A DNA stretch of 64,000 nt from a virus: positions 15,758 to 79,757 of the IMG/VR virus record IMGVR_UViG_3300050034_000098, one strand, 5' to 3'. The notes beneath the pieces are model-generated. The model ran no database searches. It saw only the letters and a program-made list of their open reading frames with translations, and had not been told where the DNA came from. The translations under genes were made by a program, and so were the position numbers. Positions 30,961 to 42,100 of this stretch are shown one piece after another. Every line of letters begins with the position of its first letter. Position 1 is the first letter of the stretch.

Positions 30961-32129
30961 AAGATATTAATGATTTATTACTTGCAGGTAGGAATATTTC
31001 AGAAGTTCCATTACAATCAATTGATTTATATGTTGCAAAAGAAATATTAAAAGAGCATAAAACAAAATCAGCACAAGAAAAGGCAATTGAAAAATTTAGT
31101 AGAACAGTAACGAATCCATTAGTAAGATCTGATTTGGCAAGAATGTTGGCTGACGAATGGAAACATGATATTGAAGATGTAAAAGAATTTCTTAAAATTA
31201 AAGACTCAAACAGCGTTGACGAATTACTAAAAGACGTGTATACTATAGATAGTGGTTTAGATGGCTGGATTGATAATATGAATAATGGAGATAGAGGAAG
31301 TATCGGTTGGCAAGCAATTGATGATACTCTTGATGGAATTATTGATAAAGAAATTATTGTCCTAGCCGCTCCATCATCAAATGGTAAATCTGAATTAGCT
31401 ATTGAAATTGCACTAAACTGGATTGTAAAAGAACAAAGAACCGTTGTATATTTTAGTTTAGAAATGTCTAAAGAAGCGTTAGCTGAAATCTTCGCAAGAA
31501 AAGTATTATCAATTGACCAATTTAGACTAAGACAAATGGTTAAAACAAAAGAGGGTAAAACTTTAGTCGAAACTGTTAAAGAAAAACTAAGTAAATATTT
31601 ATTAATCATTGATAAATCAACTACTGATATGTTTAAGGTTGAGGAATATCTGAATGCAATTAATGTAAGTGGCAAGTATGGAAGAGTTAGCAGAGTCGTG
31701 TTCGATCATTTTCACTTAATACCCAATGTCCAAGATGTTGCAATTGCAACGGAAAATGCAAATAAATGTAATGACATTGCAAAAAGATTTAATTGTGCTT
31801 TTTTATTATTAGCTCAATTTAGTAAAGTTTCAAGTGACTTTATGAAACAAAAGAAATTTAGAGAATTTATGTTAAGTGACTTAAAAGGGGCAACAGCACT
31901 TGAACAAATTCTTCATACAGGAATAATTGTTTGGAGGGATTATAAAGTAAGATATGATTTAGATCCAATTGAAAGGGAATCAAGGAAGTATTTTACAAGA
32001 ATTAAAATTGACAAACACAGACGAGGAATTAAAAAGGGAATTTACTTTACACTAAAATATGATAAAGAAACAACAAGAATGATTGATATAACAGGGCATG
32101 AAGAAGAAAATTTAAATTATGAGGAGTAA
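30957..32129 (+). CDS. Replicative DnaB-like helicase
   Basis: Walker A AAPSSNGKS, YFSLEMS, VVFDH, LLAQFS, K.R.G. Confidence 0.9.
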   Translation: MKDINDLLLAGRNISEVPLQSIDLYVAKEILKEHKTKSAQEKAIEKFSRTVTNPLVRSDLARMLADEWKHDIEDVKEFLKIKDSNSVDELLKDVYTIDSGLDGWIDNMNNGDRGSIGWQAIDDTLDGIIDKEIIVLAAPSSNGKSELAIEIALNWIVKEQRTVVYFSLEMSKEALAEIFARKVLSIDQFRLRQMVKTKEGKTLVETVKEKLSKYLLIIDKSTTDMFKVEEYLNAINVSGKYGRVSRVVFDHFHLIPNVQDVAIATENANKCNDIAKRFNCAFLLLAQFSKVSSDFMKQKKFREFMLSDLKGATALEQILHTGIIVWRDYKVRYDLDPIERESRKYFTRIKIDKHRRGIKKGIYFTLKYDKETTRMIDITGHEEENLNYEE

Positions 32130-32133
32130 ATAA

Positions 32134-33060
32134 ATGAATAAACGCGAATCTAAAATATTAAAAAATACTCTATTAGAGGAAGTTGCTAAATTTAAATTAA
32201 ATGTTTGTCTTGTATCTAATTTTGCAGGAGATAAGGACAACCCAAAATTAATCTATTATAGAAGTAAAATGGAAGAAGCAAGAGGCAAATACCATGTTTT
32301 ACAACAACTAATGTTAGACTTCGGGTTTAAAGAATCTGAAATAAGAATTCTTGTAGATAAAGGACTTACAAAAGGTATTGAATGGTTTAATGTGGCAACA
32401 AATATACAATTGAGGAGTGAATAGTAATTGAGAGATGTATTAGATAATGAAATTAATCCAGGAGATTTTGTTATTGGAATGATTGTGTCAAGAGATAGTG
32501 ATGGTATTAGATTTGGTATTGCTAATGAGAAAACTATTACTTGGGGAAGTTTTGGTATCAACGATACCATATTTTTAACAACGTCAACTGTAAGAAATAT
32601 TTATAAGCTATCGAATCTAAGTCTAAAGGAATTGTCTATAAAGAATAAATTAGCAAACAAGATAGAAGAAGTTAGACAAAATGAAGAAAGATTAAAAGCC
32701 GAAAAGAAAGCATTGAAAAGAATACCATCAAAAGATTTAATTATTGGAAAGTCTTATCAGGGCGAAGGAAAGTGGAGTAGTGAATATATTTACCTAGGAT
32801 ATGGAAGCGTAACAGAAATTGATTCTAGAGGAGACGATGAGGATTTTGCAGAAGGTTTTATTTATTTGAATAAATTTACTCCTGATGAAAATGGAAAGGT
32901 AAATTGGCTACCATCTTATAATGTATTACAATCTAGAAAGAAATTGACAAAACAAATTGATGATTTAGTTCCTAATTTTATATTTTATAAAGATTTTGTT
33001 ATTTCACAAAATAATAAATACCCCCATAAATTAGTCTTTAAATTAGAATGGAGAGTATAA
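32134..33060 (+). other. Two hypothetical ORFs (32134-32424, 32428-33060)
   Basis: ORF track. Confidence 0.65.
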
Positions 33061-33061
33061 T

Positions 33062-33841
33062 ATGCCAATACCAAAGAAAAAACGTATTAAAAAGAAAGAA
33101 GATGAAAGAAATTCATTTACTAAAAATAGAATAATTGTCCACGAAGACTATTTAGAAGTAATAACCTATACGCATCAAAGCAAAGAAAATGGAACATTTT
33201 TGGTAGACTTAGACATGCTCGAGTTTATAAAAACCCACAAATGCAGAAAAGCATCCGCTGGTTATATACTATTCGGCAATAGTAATGCCTTATTGCATAG
33301 GTTCATAACAAAAGCAAAGAAAGGAGAAAAGGTAGATCATATAAATAGAAATAGATCAGACAATAGAAAATCTAATTTAAGAATATGTACTGATTTAGAA
33401 AATTCTAGAAATAGAGATAAGGATAAAAAAGACAGAAGTTCTAGTTATAAAGGAACATTTTATGTAAAGAAAAATGAAGGATGGGGTTGTGGAGTCTGGG
33501 TTCTTGGTAAATGGATAGGATTTGGAGCATATTCAACGGAACTAGAGGCGGCATATATCTATAATATTAATGTAGGTAAATATTTTGGAGAATTTTCAGT
33601 ATACAATAAGATTCCACAAGAAGATATCAATAGATTAAAGAAAATGAAAATAGAAACATTACAAGAAAAAAGAAGATCATATTCAAAATATCCTAATGTT
33701 ACATATAATGTTTGTAAAAAATGTTGGGTATGGAGAAAAATGATAAAAGGTAAACTTTATAATAAACAATATTTTAAAACAGCAGAAAGTGCTTATAAGG
33801 CTTTTCTTAAATTTGAGGAGGAACTAAAAATATGCCAATGA
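33062..33841 (+). CDS. HNH homing endonuclease with AP2-like domains
   Basis: LLHRFI...VDHINRNRSDNRKSNLR; SSYKGT...G.Y.TE.EAA..YN. Confidence 0.9.
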   Translation: MPIPKKKRIKKKEDERNSFTKNRIIVHEDYLEVITYTHQSKENGTFLVDLDMLEFIKTHKCRKASAGYILFGNSNALLHRFITKAKKGEKVDHINRNRSDNRKSNLRICTDLENSRNRDKDKKDRSSSYKGTFYVKKNEGWGCGVWVLGKWIGFGAYSTELEAAYIYNINVGKYFGEFSVYNKIPQEDINRLKKMKIETLQEKRRSYSKYPNVTYNVCKKCWVWRKMIKGKLYNKQYFKTAESAYKAFLKFEEELKICQ

Positions 33842-34707
33842 CCAAGTTTATTTGTAGCGATGGTAAGGAATGTTTAATTAGTGACTGCTTGAATGGATGT
33901 AGACTGGAAGAGAGATGTATGTACCTCCCAGGATTGATTGCGGCAGGCAGACAACATTTTAGTAATGGAAAATTTAGTGTAACCACATTAATTAAACCAA
34001 CTAGACAAGTTTATTTAGAAACAAAATATGATTTTGCTATTAATCCCTTGAACACGGTTGCAAGTATGATTGGTACAAACTCCCATCTTATGATAGAAAA
34101 GAATTGTCCAGTAGGATATTTGGCAGAAGCAAGATTTGATAGTGAGATTGCTAGTGGTAGCCCTGATTCGGTAGATTTAAAAAATGGAATATTATGGGAT
34201 AGTAAATTCTACGGCGCCTATAAAATTTCCCAAGTATTAGGCTATCGTCCCAAATGGAAAAAAACTGGAGTTTACCAACGAGGAATAAATAAAGGGAAAG
34301 ATAAATGGGTTCAGGAGTTTACACCAGGTGGAGTCCGTGATATTATGGACATTGCAAAACAGTTGTCTTATTATAAAGTTCTATTAGAAGAACATAATAT
34401 TAAAATTAATAAAATTAACGCATCGGTGTTTATCAGAAGTGGCTTAGACAAAACAGCTAAAAGCTATGGGCTTACTAAAGTAAACTACACGATCCCTGTA
34501 TTCCCAATCCACACATCATTAATTAAAAAGTATTTTCAAATGAAATATGATAGACTAACGAAAGCATTAGAAACTGACACAATGCCAAAAGTTTGTAGTA
34601 AAAAAGATCGTTGGGATAATTCTAAAAGTTACCCAGATCGAAAATGCAGAGATTATTGCAATATTAACAGGTTTTGCCCGTATTGGCTTGACAAATATAG
34701 TAAATAA
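33832..34707 (+). CDS. Cas4-like PD-(D/E)XK exonuclease (predicted Fe-S)
   Basis: FSVTTLIKPTRQ...G...H...SGSPD...WDSK...QLSYY; C-terminal C...CRDYC...FC. Confidence 0.75.
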   Translation: MPMTKFICSDGKECLISDCLNGCRLEERCMYLPGLIAAGRQHFSNGKFSVTTLIKPTRQVYLETKYDFAINPLNTVASMIGTNSHLMIEKNCPVGYLAEARFDSEIASGSPDSVDLKNGILWDSKFYGAYKISQVLGYRPKWKKTGVYQRGINKGKDKWVQEFTPGGVRDIMDIAKQLSYYKVLLEEHNIKINKINASVFIRSGLDKTAKSYGLTKVNYTIPVFPIHTSLIKKYFQMKYDRLTKALETDTMPKVCSKKDRWDNSKSYPDRKCRDYCNINRFCPYWLDKYSK

Positions 34708-35153
34708 TGTTATTATATAAAAGGAGTGAAGAGTAATGCAAGAAACTAAAGGTACAATAATTTTTGATGAATATGCTTTTGAACCAGAGAAAGTAATTAG
34801 TACACCATTCTTTTCTGATGAAGATTGTAGAGGACTAACAGTTACAGAAAAACATAATTTATATAGAGAACACGTATTAAGGGTAACTGGAGGAAGACAT
34901 AAACATAAAAAGAGGTGAAAAATAAGTGAATCGTAATTTTTTAAAAAGAATATGTAATAAAAATAAAGAACAGTTCCAAATGAAATATAGTCCAGTTCGT
35001 TCTACAATTATTAATGGATTATTAGAGATTGATTTACAGAACGGTAGCATTACTGTAAGTGGAAAAGATATTTTAGAAATACTACAAGAATATGAAAATG
35101 ATTGCGTTAAATTAACTATTGAAAAAATATAATATAAGGAGCGAAACGACAAA

Positions 35154-35585
35154 ATGAGAATTAAAATTGTAAAATGTAGTGGAGACTATTGGTATAAAGA
35201 CGAAATTGGAAAGGAATATGATGTTATTAGGCAAGTAGAATTTGAAGATTTTGAAAAATATAAATATAAATTAACAGAAGATGTTGATCAAATTGGCGAT
35301 TATGTAGTTGAGCAAGATCCAGAAGAAGGAACAATGTTAACTGTTGACCAATATGATGTTGAAGAGGCTATCTCAATAAAACCAACAAATAATATTATAG
35401 ATCATCCAAACTATTATAATAAAGGTAAAATTGAAGTAATTGATTTTATTGAAGATCAAGAATTAGGATTTAATTTAGGAAATGCAGTAAAATATATTAG
35501 CAGAGCAGGTAAAAAGAATGTAGAAACCTATATTCAAGATTTAAAGAAAGCGATTTGGTATTTAGAAAGAGAGGCTAATAAATGA
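35154..35585 (+). CDS. DUF3310 (T7 gp1.7-like) protein with an extra N-terminal domain
   Basis: DHPNYY...IEVIDFIE...FNLGNAVKYISRAGKK...DLKKAIWYLERE. Confidence 0.85.
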   Translation: MRIKIVKCSGDYWYKDEIGKEYDVIRQVEFEDFEKYKYKLTEDVDQIGDYVVEQDPEEGTMLTVDQYDVEEAISIKPTNNIIDHPNYYNKGKIEVIDFIEDQELGFNLGNAVKYISRAGKKNVETYIQDLKKAIWYLEREANK

Positions 35586-35944
35586 GTGACAGTTGGGGAG
35601 CTGTAAAATTTAATGATGGTTTAATTAAATATTATTTATATCATGGTAGTTCCGATACGTGTTATACTAGTTTATATGATAAAGTATCTGACGTTGCAGT
35701 TGATTATACAGAATGTAATTGTGGTAAATCTGAGCCTGTTGAAATTTATTCAGATTACGGTGGTGGATTTTATTGGAAAGGTAAGGCTTGTAGGGATTGT
35801 GATTCTATTACAAAAGGCTCAGATTTTGACGATGGTGATTATTGGGGTAATAATCCAATTGAAGTTCCTGAAATTACTGATGGTAAACCAAAATGGATTG
35901 ATAGAGAAAAAATTAATAATGAATGGTGGGGTATTTTTAAATGA
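35582..35944 (+). CDS. Hypothetical Cys-containing phage protein
   Basis: ORF track; YGGGFYW.G.AC. Confidence 0.65.
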   Translation: MSDSWGAVKFNDGLIKYYLYHGSSDTCYTSLYDKVSDVAVDYTECNCGKSEPVEIYSDYGGGFYWKGKACRDCDSITKGSDFDDGDYWGNNPIEVPEITDGKPKWIDREKINNEWWGIFK

Positions 35945-36369
35945 AGAAAAAGATTAATATGATGAGTGAAATTGCAGAAAAATATGGGTTAGAATTAGAC
36001 AAGACCTTCAATCTTTTTAATAGTGAAATTACTGAATTAAACGATTATAAAAATAAAGAATATAAGTTTACAGAAAAAGGGTTAAGAGATCAATATGGAG
36101 GAGGTGGCTATGGAGAAACTTTGACTTGTATTTTAAGAGGAGAGTATTTTGTAGAAAAAGTTCCTGAATTTGCCGAACCAGTTGAATGTGGATTTAATGA
36201 ACACTATTTATATATTTTAGTTAGTGGGAAAGTTGCTAAAGGGTATTATACTGGAGATACTGGAGATCGTGCTATGTGGATGATTGGAAATATGTTTGAT
36301 ATTGATGCGATAATTCCCGAACAGCAGATTAAAAAAATGGTTGAAAAGTTAAAAGGAGGTATTTTATAA
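35941..36369 (+). CDS. Hypothetical protein, paralog family member 3
   Basis: YGLELDKTF...YKFTE.GL...ILRGE...EFAEPV...YI...GNMF...EQQI. Confidence 0.7.
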   Translation: MKKKINMMSEIAEKYGLELDKTFNLFNSEITELNDYKNKEYKFTEKGLRDQYGGGGYGETLTCILRGEYFVEKVPEFAEPVECGFNEHYLYILVSGKVAKGYYTGDTGDRAMWMIGNMFDIDAIIPEQQIKKMVEKLKGGIL

Positions 36370-36419
36370 TCCGACAAATTAGAAAGTATGAAAAGGAAAA
36401 TATTAAATGGGATTCTGTA

Positions 36420-36833
36420 ATGGAATATGACTTATATAAATATTTATGTAGTCTACCAAATGTTGTTTCTGTAGAAAAACAAGTGAAAGTACAATTAATT
36501 CCATCATTTAGTAAATATGGATTAAAATATCAAGGTATTACTCATATTCCAGATTTTCTTGTACATTTTAAAATAGGTAAAATTTATGTAGATGCGAAAG
36601 GATTTTTAACACCAACGTGTTTATTAAAAAGAAAATTATTTAATTATTTATTCCATGAAGATATTTTAGTTTGGATTATTGGTTTAAAAAGAGTCAATGG
36701 ACATTATACCGAATGGTGTGATTACTTTGAGAATGAAAAGAATAAAAAGTTAAGAAAGAAGGAAAAACTTATTGAGTCTACTAAAACAAAAGAGAGTACG
36801 ATTACAAGGAGCAAAGCTAAAAGAATTAAATGA
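36420..36833 (+). CDS. DUF1064-family PD-(D/E)XK endonuclease
   Basis: E....L...EKQVKVQLIPSF...THIPDF...VDAKGF.T...LKRKLF. Confidence 0.8.
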   Translation: MEYDLYKYLCSLPNVVSVEKQVKVQLIPSFSKYGLKYQGITHIPDFLVHFKIGKIYVDAKGFLTPTCLLKRKLFNYLFHEDILVWIIGLKRVNGHYTEWCDYFENEKNKKLRKKEKLIESTKTKESTITRSKAKRIK

Positions 36834-37062
36834 AATCATTCATAGTCGGGATAATTACACCTGCGTTGTAAAGGGCTGTGGTAATTATGTGCCTATTACA
36901 GAAAAATGGCATCATGAGCCCTGTGGACCATATAAAGAAGATGTTATTGAAAAGGGTTGCCTATTATGCTATTATCATCACCAACAAAGAGAAGGAAACG
37001 ATAGTGCTAATATAAAGGAACAATGTATTGAATATCTAAATACTATATATAATAAGGAGTGA
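36772..37062 (+). CDS. Small HNH-domain protein
   Basis: RDNYTCVVKGC...HHE...LLC..HH. Confidence 0.7.
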   Translation: MSLLKQKRVRLQGAKLKELNEIIHSRDNYTCVVKGCGNYVPITEKWHHEPCGPYKEDVIEKGCLLCYYHHQQREGNDSANIKEQCIEYLNTIYNKE

Positions 37063-37252
37063 ATTATAATGAAAGTAGAATTAGAAAGTGAATATGAAAT
37101 TGGAGATAAGGTTTATATCTTTGACCAAGACAAAACGTTTTATTCTATAGTTAAGGTTAAGTTTGATTTAGGAATTAATAATTTCTTTTATTTATTAGAA
37201 GATACAAAAGACGAAAGATATTGGTATGTACAACAACAAGTTCATAAAGTTC

Positions 37253-37281
37253 TTGACAAAGAATAGGATTGATGATATAAT
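37253..37281 (+). promoter_or_regulatory. sigma70-type promoter (perfect consensus)
   Basis: TTGACA-17-TATAAT. Confidence 0.8.
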
Positions 37282-37302
37282 TATTTTAAAGGAGATGAGG
37301 AA

Positions 37303-38836
37303 TTGAGTAAATTAAGAGCAAAGTTCACTATTGAAGTAGATGATACGCAAGAGATTGAAGAAGAATATAAACAACAATTTATTGAAACCTACAATAATCG
37401 AATGAATCAATTAAATGATGATATTATTGAGTTAATGGTAAATGAAGCTGGAGTAACCAAAGAAGCTATTAAAGTAAATATTCAAAAATATGAAATCGTA
37501 GATTAAGGAAGTGAACTAAATGAAATTTTATCAGTTTAATAATTCTAAAGAAAATGCAATCGTATTTGCAGAAAATGAAGGTGATGCTAAAAGAATTTAT
37601 TATAAACACTTCGATAAACTAGATGAAGATAAGCTAAAGAACCCAGAAGTAATTGATATCGATAAAATGTATAGATTAATTATGCCAGACTATAGAGATT
37701 TTGATGATTTTTTACTGGTTCTTGTGTTATTTTATTCAGGGGAATACGAAATAGTAAATAAAAAAGGAGATGAATCTAGTTGGCTGATTTACTAGATAAA
37801 GATTTTAGTTATGATTTTGTTGTAAAAAATACAAAGAAAAGTATTGAAAGAATTGACCAAGAGCAACAAGAAAATAATAGAAAATATCAAGAATTAATTA
37901 AATCTCTTTATAGCAAATATAAAGATGCAATTAATCGCTATTCAAAAGCAGTAAAAGAAGCAAGTGATAGAGGGCAAACTCAATATCATTATGAACAAAA
38001 TTCAGGCAGAGATAAAACTAGAGAATATTATGATGTGTTGACTAGTTATTTCTCTGGTATGGGATTCAATATTGAAGCTTATGGACATTTAGATGAATGT
38101 TCCCATACTATGCAGATAGAAGACGTCTTAATTAGTTGGTGTTTAGATGAATGATTTAGTAGATCAATATAAAAGCCTTTTAGAAGAATATAGGATTGTG
38201 AAAGAAGGTGATATTGGTCTTTGTTATAATATTAGACAAAAAGCAACCACTCTGCGGAGTAATTATGGAGAATTAATGTGTTCCTACGAAAAAGAAATGA
38301 TTGATGCAAAAAATACAGCAAGTGGAATTAAGGCACAAAAAAGTATTAATCACTCTCCAACAAAAGTAACAGAAGGAAATAGACATGCAGAAGCGAATAT
38401 CGAATATCAAGATGCATTAAAATTATATAGCCTAAAATTAAAACAATTCAAATACACAGAAGTTCAATATAATATTTTAAAAGATATTGCCTATCATATG
38501 AATAGCCAATGGGAAATTATGAATAAACAGACAACATTTTATAAAAGGGAGAATAAATAAATAAATATGGATGATAAATTGAGAATGCAAATTATTAAAT
38601 TAGCCTCTTATGGCTATGGATTATTCTCTAGTTTAGATGGTGTTGAGGGTAATAAGAATATTGACAAAGAAGAATTTAATCGATATTTTGCAGAGATTAC
38701 TGATATTGTTGAAAATTTTACTGTTGAGAATTTAAAAGATAGCAATAATAGTGAAGAAATGGTTAAGAATTTAGGTGGATTATATTTAGCGTTTGTGATT
38801 ACTAGAAATATTATTAAAAAAGGAGAAATGAATTAA
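37303..38836 (+). other. Hypothetical ORFs (37303-37506, 37520-37795, 37780-38154, 38147-38560 coiled coil, 38567-38836)
   Basis: ORF track. Confidence 0.65.
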
Positions 38837-39102
38837 TGAATGAAGTAAAATTACAAGGTGAGTTAACTTTTATCAAAGAAGTAAAAGAGGGCGTAGTTAG
38901 ATTTACAGTTAAGGCTGATAAGACAAAAGGATTTGCATTTGTACCGTTGGTTGCATTTAGCGATGTAGCAACTACTGTAAATGGATTTAGTAAAGGTGAT
39001 AATGTAAAAGTCTTGGCAGAAATTAGTACAGGATCTTATGAAAAAGAAGGTAAGAAGATTTACACTACAGATATTATTGCATTAAAAGTAGCAAAAGCGT
39101 AA
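38836..39102 (+). CDS. ssb: Single-stranded DNA-binding protein (OB fold only)
   Basis: MNEVKLQG.L...VRFTV...VPLVAF...KGD.V.V.....T..YEK.GKK.YTT.I. Confidence 0.8.
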   Translation: MNEVKLQGELTFIKEVKEGVVRFTVKADKTKGFAFVPLVAFSDVATTVNGFSKGDNVKVLAEISTGSYEKEGKKIYTTDIIALKVAKA

Positions 39103-39132
39103 TTATATAAGCATAGCGAAGGAGATTAAAAT

Positions 39133-42100
39133 TTGAATAATAAAAAATGGTATGATAACGAAATTAGCCAAGGAATTATGAAAAAGAAATACTTTCATGA
39201 TGGAGAAACGTGTTTTAATGATATTGCAACTAGAATTAGTAATATTTATTCCGATGATATTAAAAAAGAAGTGTATAATGCACTTAATAAATGCGACATT
39301 TTACCAGCAGGAAGAACAATTGCAGGAGCAGGATTAAAAGGAAAGAAAAATGTGTCACTTTCCAACTGCTATATCTGTGAAAGCCCTCAAGATAATTTAG
39401 AGTCTATTAGTAAAGTAGACTTAGATATGTCCATCATCGGAAGTAGAGGGGGTGGAATTGGTTGTTCTTTAGATAATATTAGACCAAAAGGAACTATTAT
39501 TAATAATTCGGCTAAGTATTCTGATGGCGTAGAATTTGTATTAAGTAAATACAATAGTACTGGAGAATCAATCGGTCAGAATAACCGACATATGGCAATG
39601 ATGATGGCATTAAGTTGCACTCATCCAGATATTTATGAAATTCTTAATATTTTTATTAAAAACGAAAAGCTATCAGCAATGAATATTTCTATTAAATTTA
39701 CTGACAATTTTATGCAATCAGTTATCGATAACAAAGAAGTTGAGTTATATTTTAAGGTAGAATCAACGGGTGAAGAAATTAGAAAAACTATTAATGCAAA
39801 AGAGTTCTTTAATAAGTTTTGTGAGGTAAATAAAGACTTTGGTCAACCTGGGTTAATTTTTATTGATAGGGTTCAACGAAATAATCTTTTAAGTGGTTAC
39901 TCCGAATACCAAATTGAAGTATCAAATCCGTGTGCAGAATTTTTTGGTAATTCGGGTAATAGTTGTTTAACTGGAGATACCATTATTAGAACAATTGATG
40001 GTGTTCGTCAGCTAAAAGAACTTGTAGGAACATCAGGAATGGTATACTCAACAAATGATAAATATGAAAAATATGATAATGTTATCAGTAAGGGAACAAA
40101 AGAAGTCTATGCAGTAAAACTCCATAATGGGTTAACAGTAAAAGCAACAAAAGATCATAAGTTTTTAACAACATTAGGGTGGAAAGAGTGTAAAAATTTA
40201 GTTGTTGGAAAAGATAGTATAGTTGTAAATAAAGTATATAATGTTTTTGCAGTTAATGATTATGACGAAAGATATGAGATGTTTGGGTGGATGCATGGAG
40301 ACGGTTGGTATGGAACTACTACTGTTGGTATTTCTTTTAATTATGGGGATGGAGATAAGGATGTTAAAGAACGATTGTTACCATTGTTCAAAGAAGAATT
40401 TAAATGTAGTACTAATTCACCTCTAAAGGATGATGATGCATCATACCAGTTACAGTGTGCAACCCAATATGCCATGCAACACTGTAAAGATATTGGATTT
40501 GTTCAACAACGTGCATGTAACAAAGAATTACCAACATCATTTTATGGTTGGACATTAAAACAGCAAATATCCTTTATTCGTGGACTAATGACAGCCGATG
40601 GATTTATTACAGGGACAACAAATGCACAGGTAGCATTTTGTTCGACAAGTAGTAAACTGATTCACCAAATTCAGAATTTCTTTTATGCAATTGGACTACA
40701 GTCAAGATTAATGGCAACTGTTTTTAGAGAAGAATTAAATCGTAAACCACAGTATAAATTAATATTGGCAGGCAAGAGTGCTAAAAATTATCACAGAATT
40801 TTTGGGTTTTCTGGTAGTAAAAAAGAAGATAAGTTTAAACCCGGTATTGTAGATACTAGAAAAGATAGTTTTATTATAGATAGTATAGAAGTTTGTGGAA
40901 ATGAAGAAGTATTTGATATTTTAAATGTCAATGATACTAATGCATTTTATGCTAATGGTATGGCAGTTCATAATTGTAATTTACAAAGTATTAATTTATA
41001 TAATTTAGTTAAAAATAAGTTCACAAAAGATGCAAAAATTGATTACGATTTATTAGTAAAAAATGTTAAGTTATCAATTGATATGTTAAATCAAACATTA
41101 GATTATGGATATGATATGCAACCACTTGATATGAATAGAAAATGTATTGATGACTGGAGAAGTATTGGACTTGGAGTATTTGGTCTAGCAGATATGTTTG
41201 TAGCCCTTGGAGTTGGATATGGCTCAAAAGAATCAGTAGATCTTGTTGCAGACCTATTTGAAAGAATTAATTATACAGCACTAGAAGAATCATGTAACCT
41301 TGCAAGAATTAATAAACCATTTGGAAAATATGATTGGAATAAAACAAAAGAATCAGGCATGATTAAAGAATTAGAGTTTACAAATGAAACATTATATAAT
41401 AAGATTATGAAAGATGGTCTTAGAAACGGAACACTAATTTCTGTAGCCCCGACGGGAACCCTTAGTTTATTTGCAGGTGGTCTTGCAGGAGGCGTAGAAC
41501 CTCTCTTTAAGGTCAGTTATGAAAGAACGACACACTCAACAGAAGATAAAGGAATTAAATTTAGAGTATTTGCCAAGTCAGTAAAGGAATTACTAGAATA
41601 TAATAACCTACCATTGACAACTTCCGATGAAGAAATTAAAAAATTATTTCCATTTATTATAGAAAGCCAAGAATTAAACCCGACCGATAGAATTAGAGTT
41701 CAATCAATTATGCAACAATATGTAGATAATGCAATTAGTTCTACTATCAATTTACCAAAAGGAACAACAACCGAAGAAATTTCTGATATTTATTTAGATT
41801 CATGGAAACAGGGATTAAAAGGAATTACAGTTTTTGTGGATGAATGTAAACGTGCTAATATTTTGGGTGTAACTGATAAAAAAGATAATGAAATTGTATT
41901 TGATTCTATTGTACCTGAAAAACGAAGAAAAATTAAAAAAGTAAATGGTAATACCTATAAGAAAGAAACCTCATGCGTACCATCAATGTATGTAACAGTT
42001 AATAGAAATGATGCAGGAGATATTTTTGAAGTGTTTACGGCAACGTCATCTGGATGTAAAAGTAACATTGGAACTATTACAAGATTAGTATCTTATGCCC

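Noticed and set aside
30902-31675. 257-aa antisense ORF over the helicase (also 17151-17657, 17756-18106, 15681-15923, 50605-50925, 62694-62942 and similar)
   Set aside because: Shadow ORFs opposite well-supported genes; Ser/Leu/Ile-rich, no RBS, no motifs
32428-34707. HNH gene as part of a group I intron splitting one gene
   Set aside because: Flanking ORFs have their own starts and stops and are abutting, with no room for intron core structure
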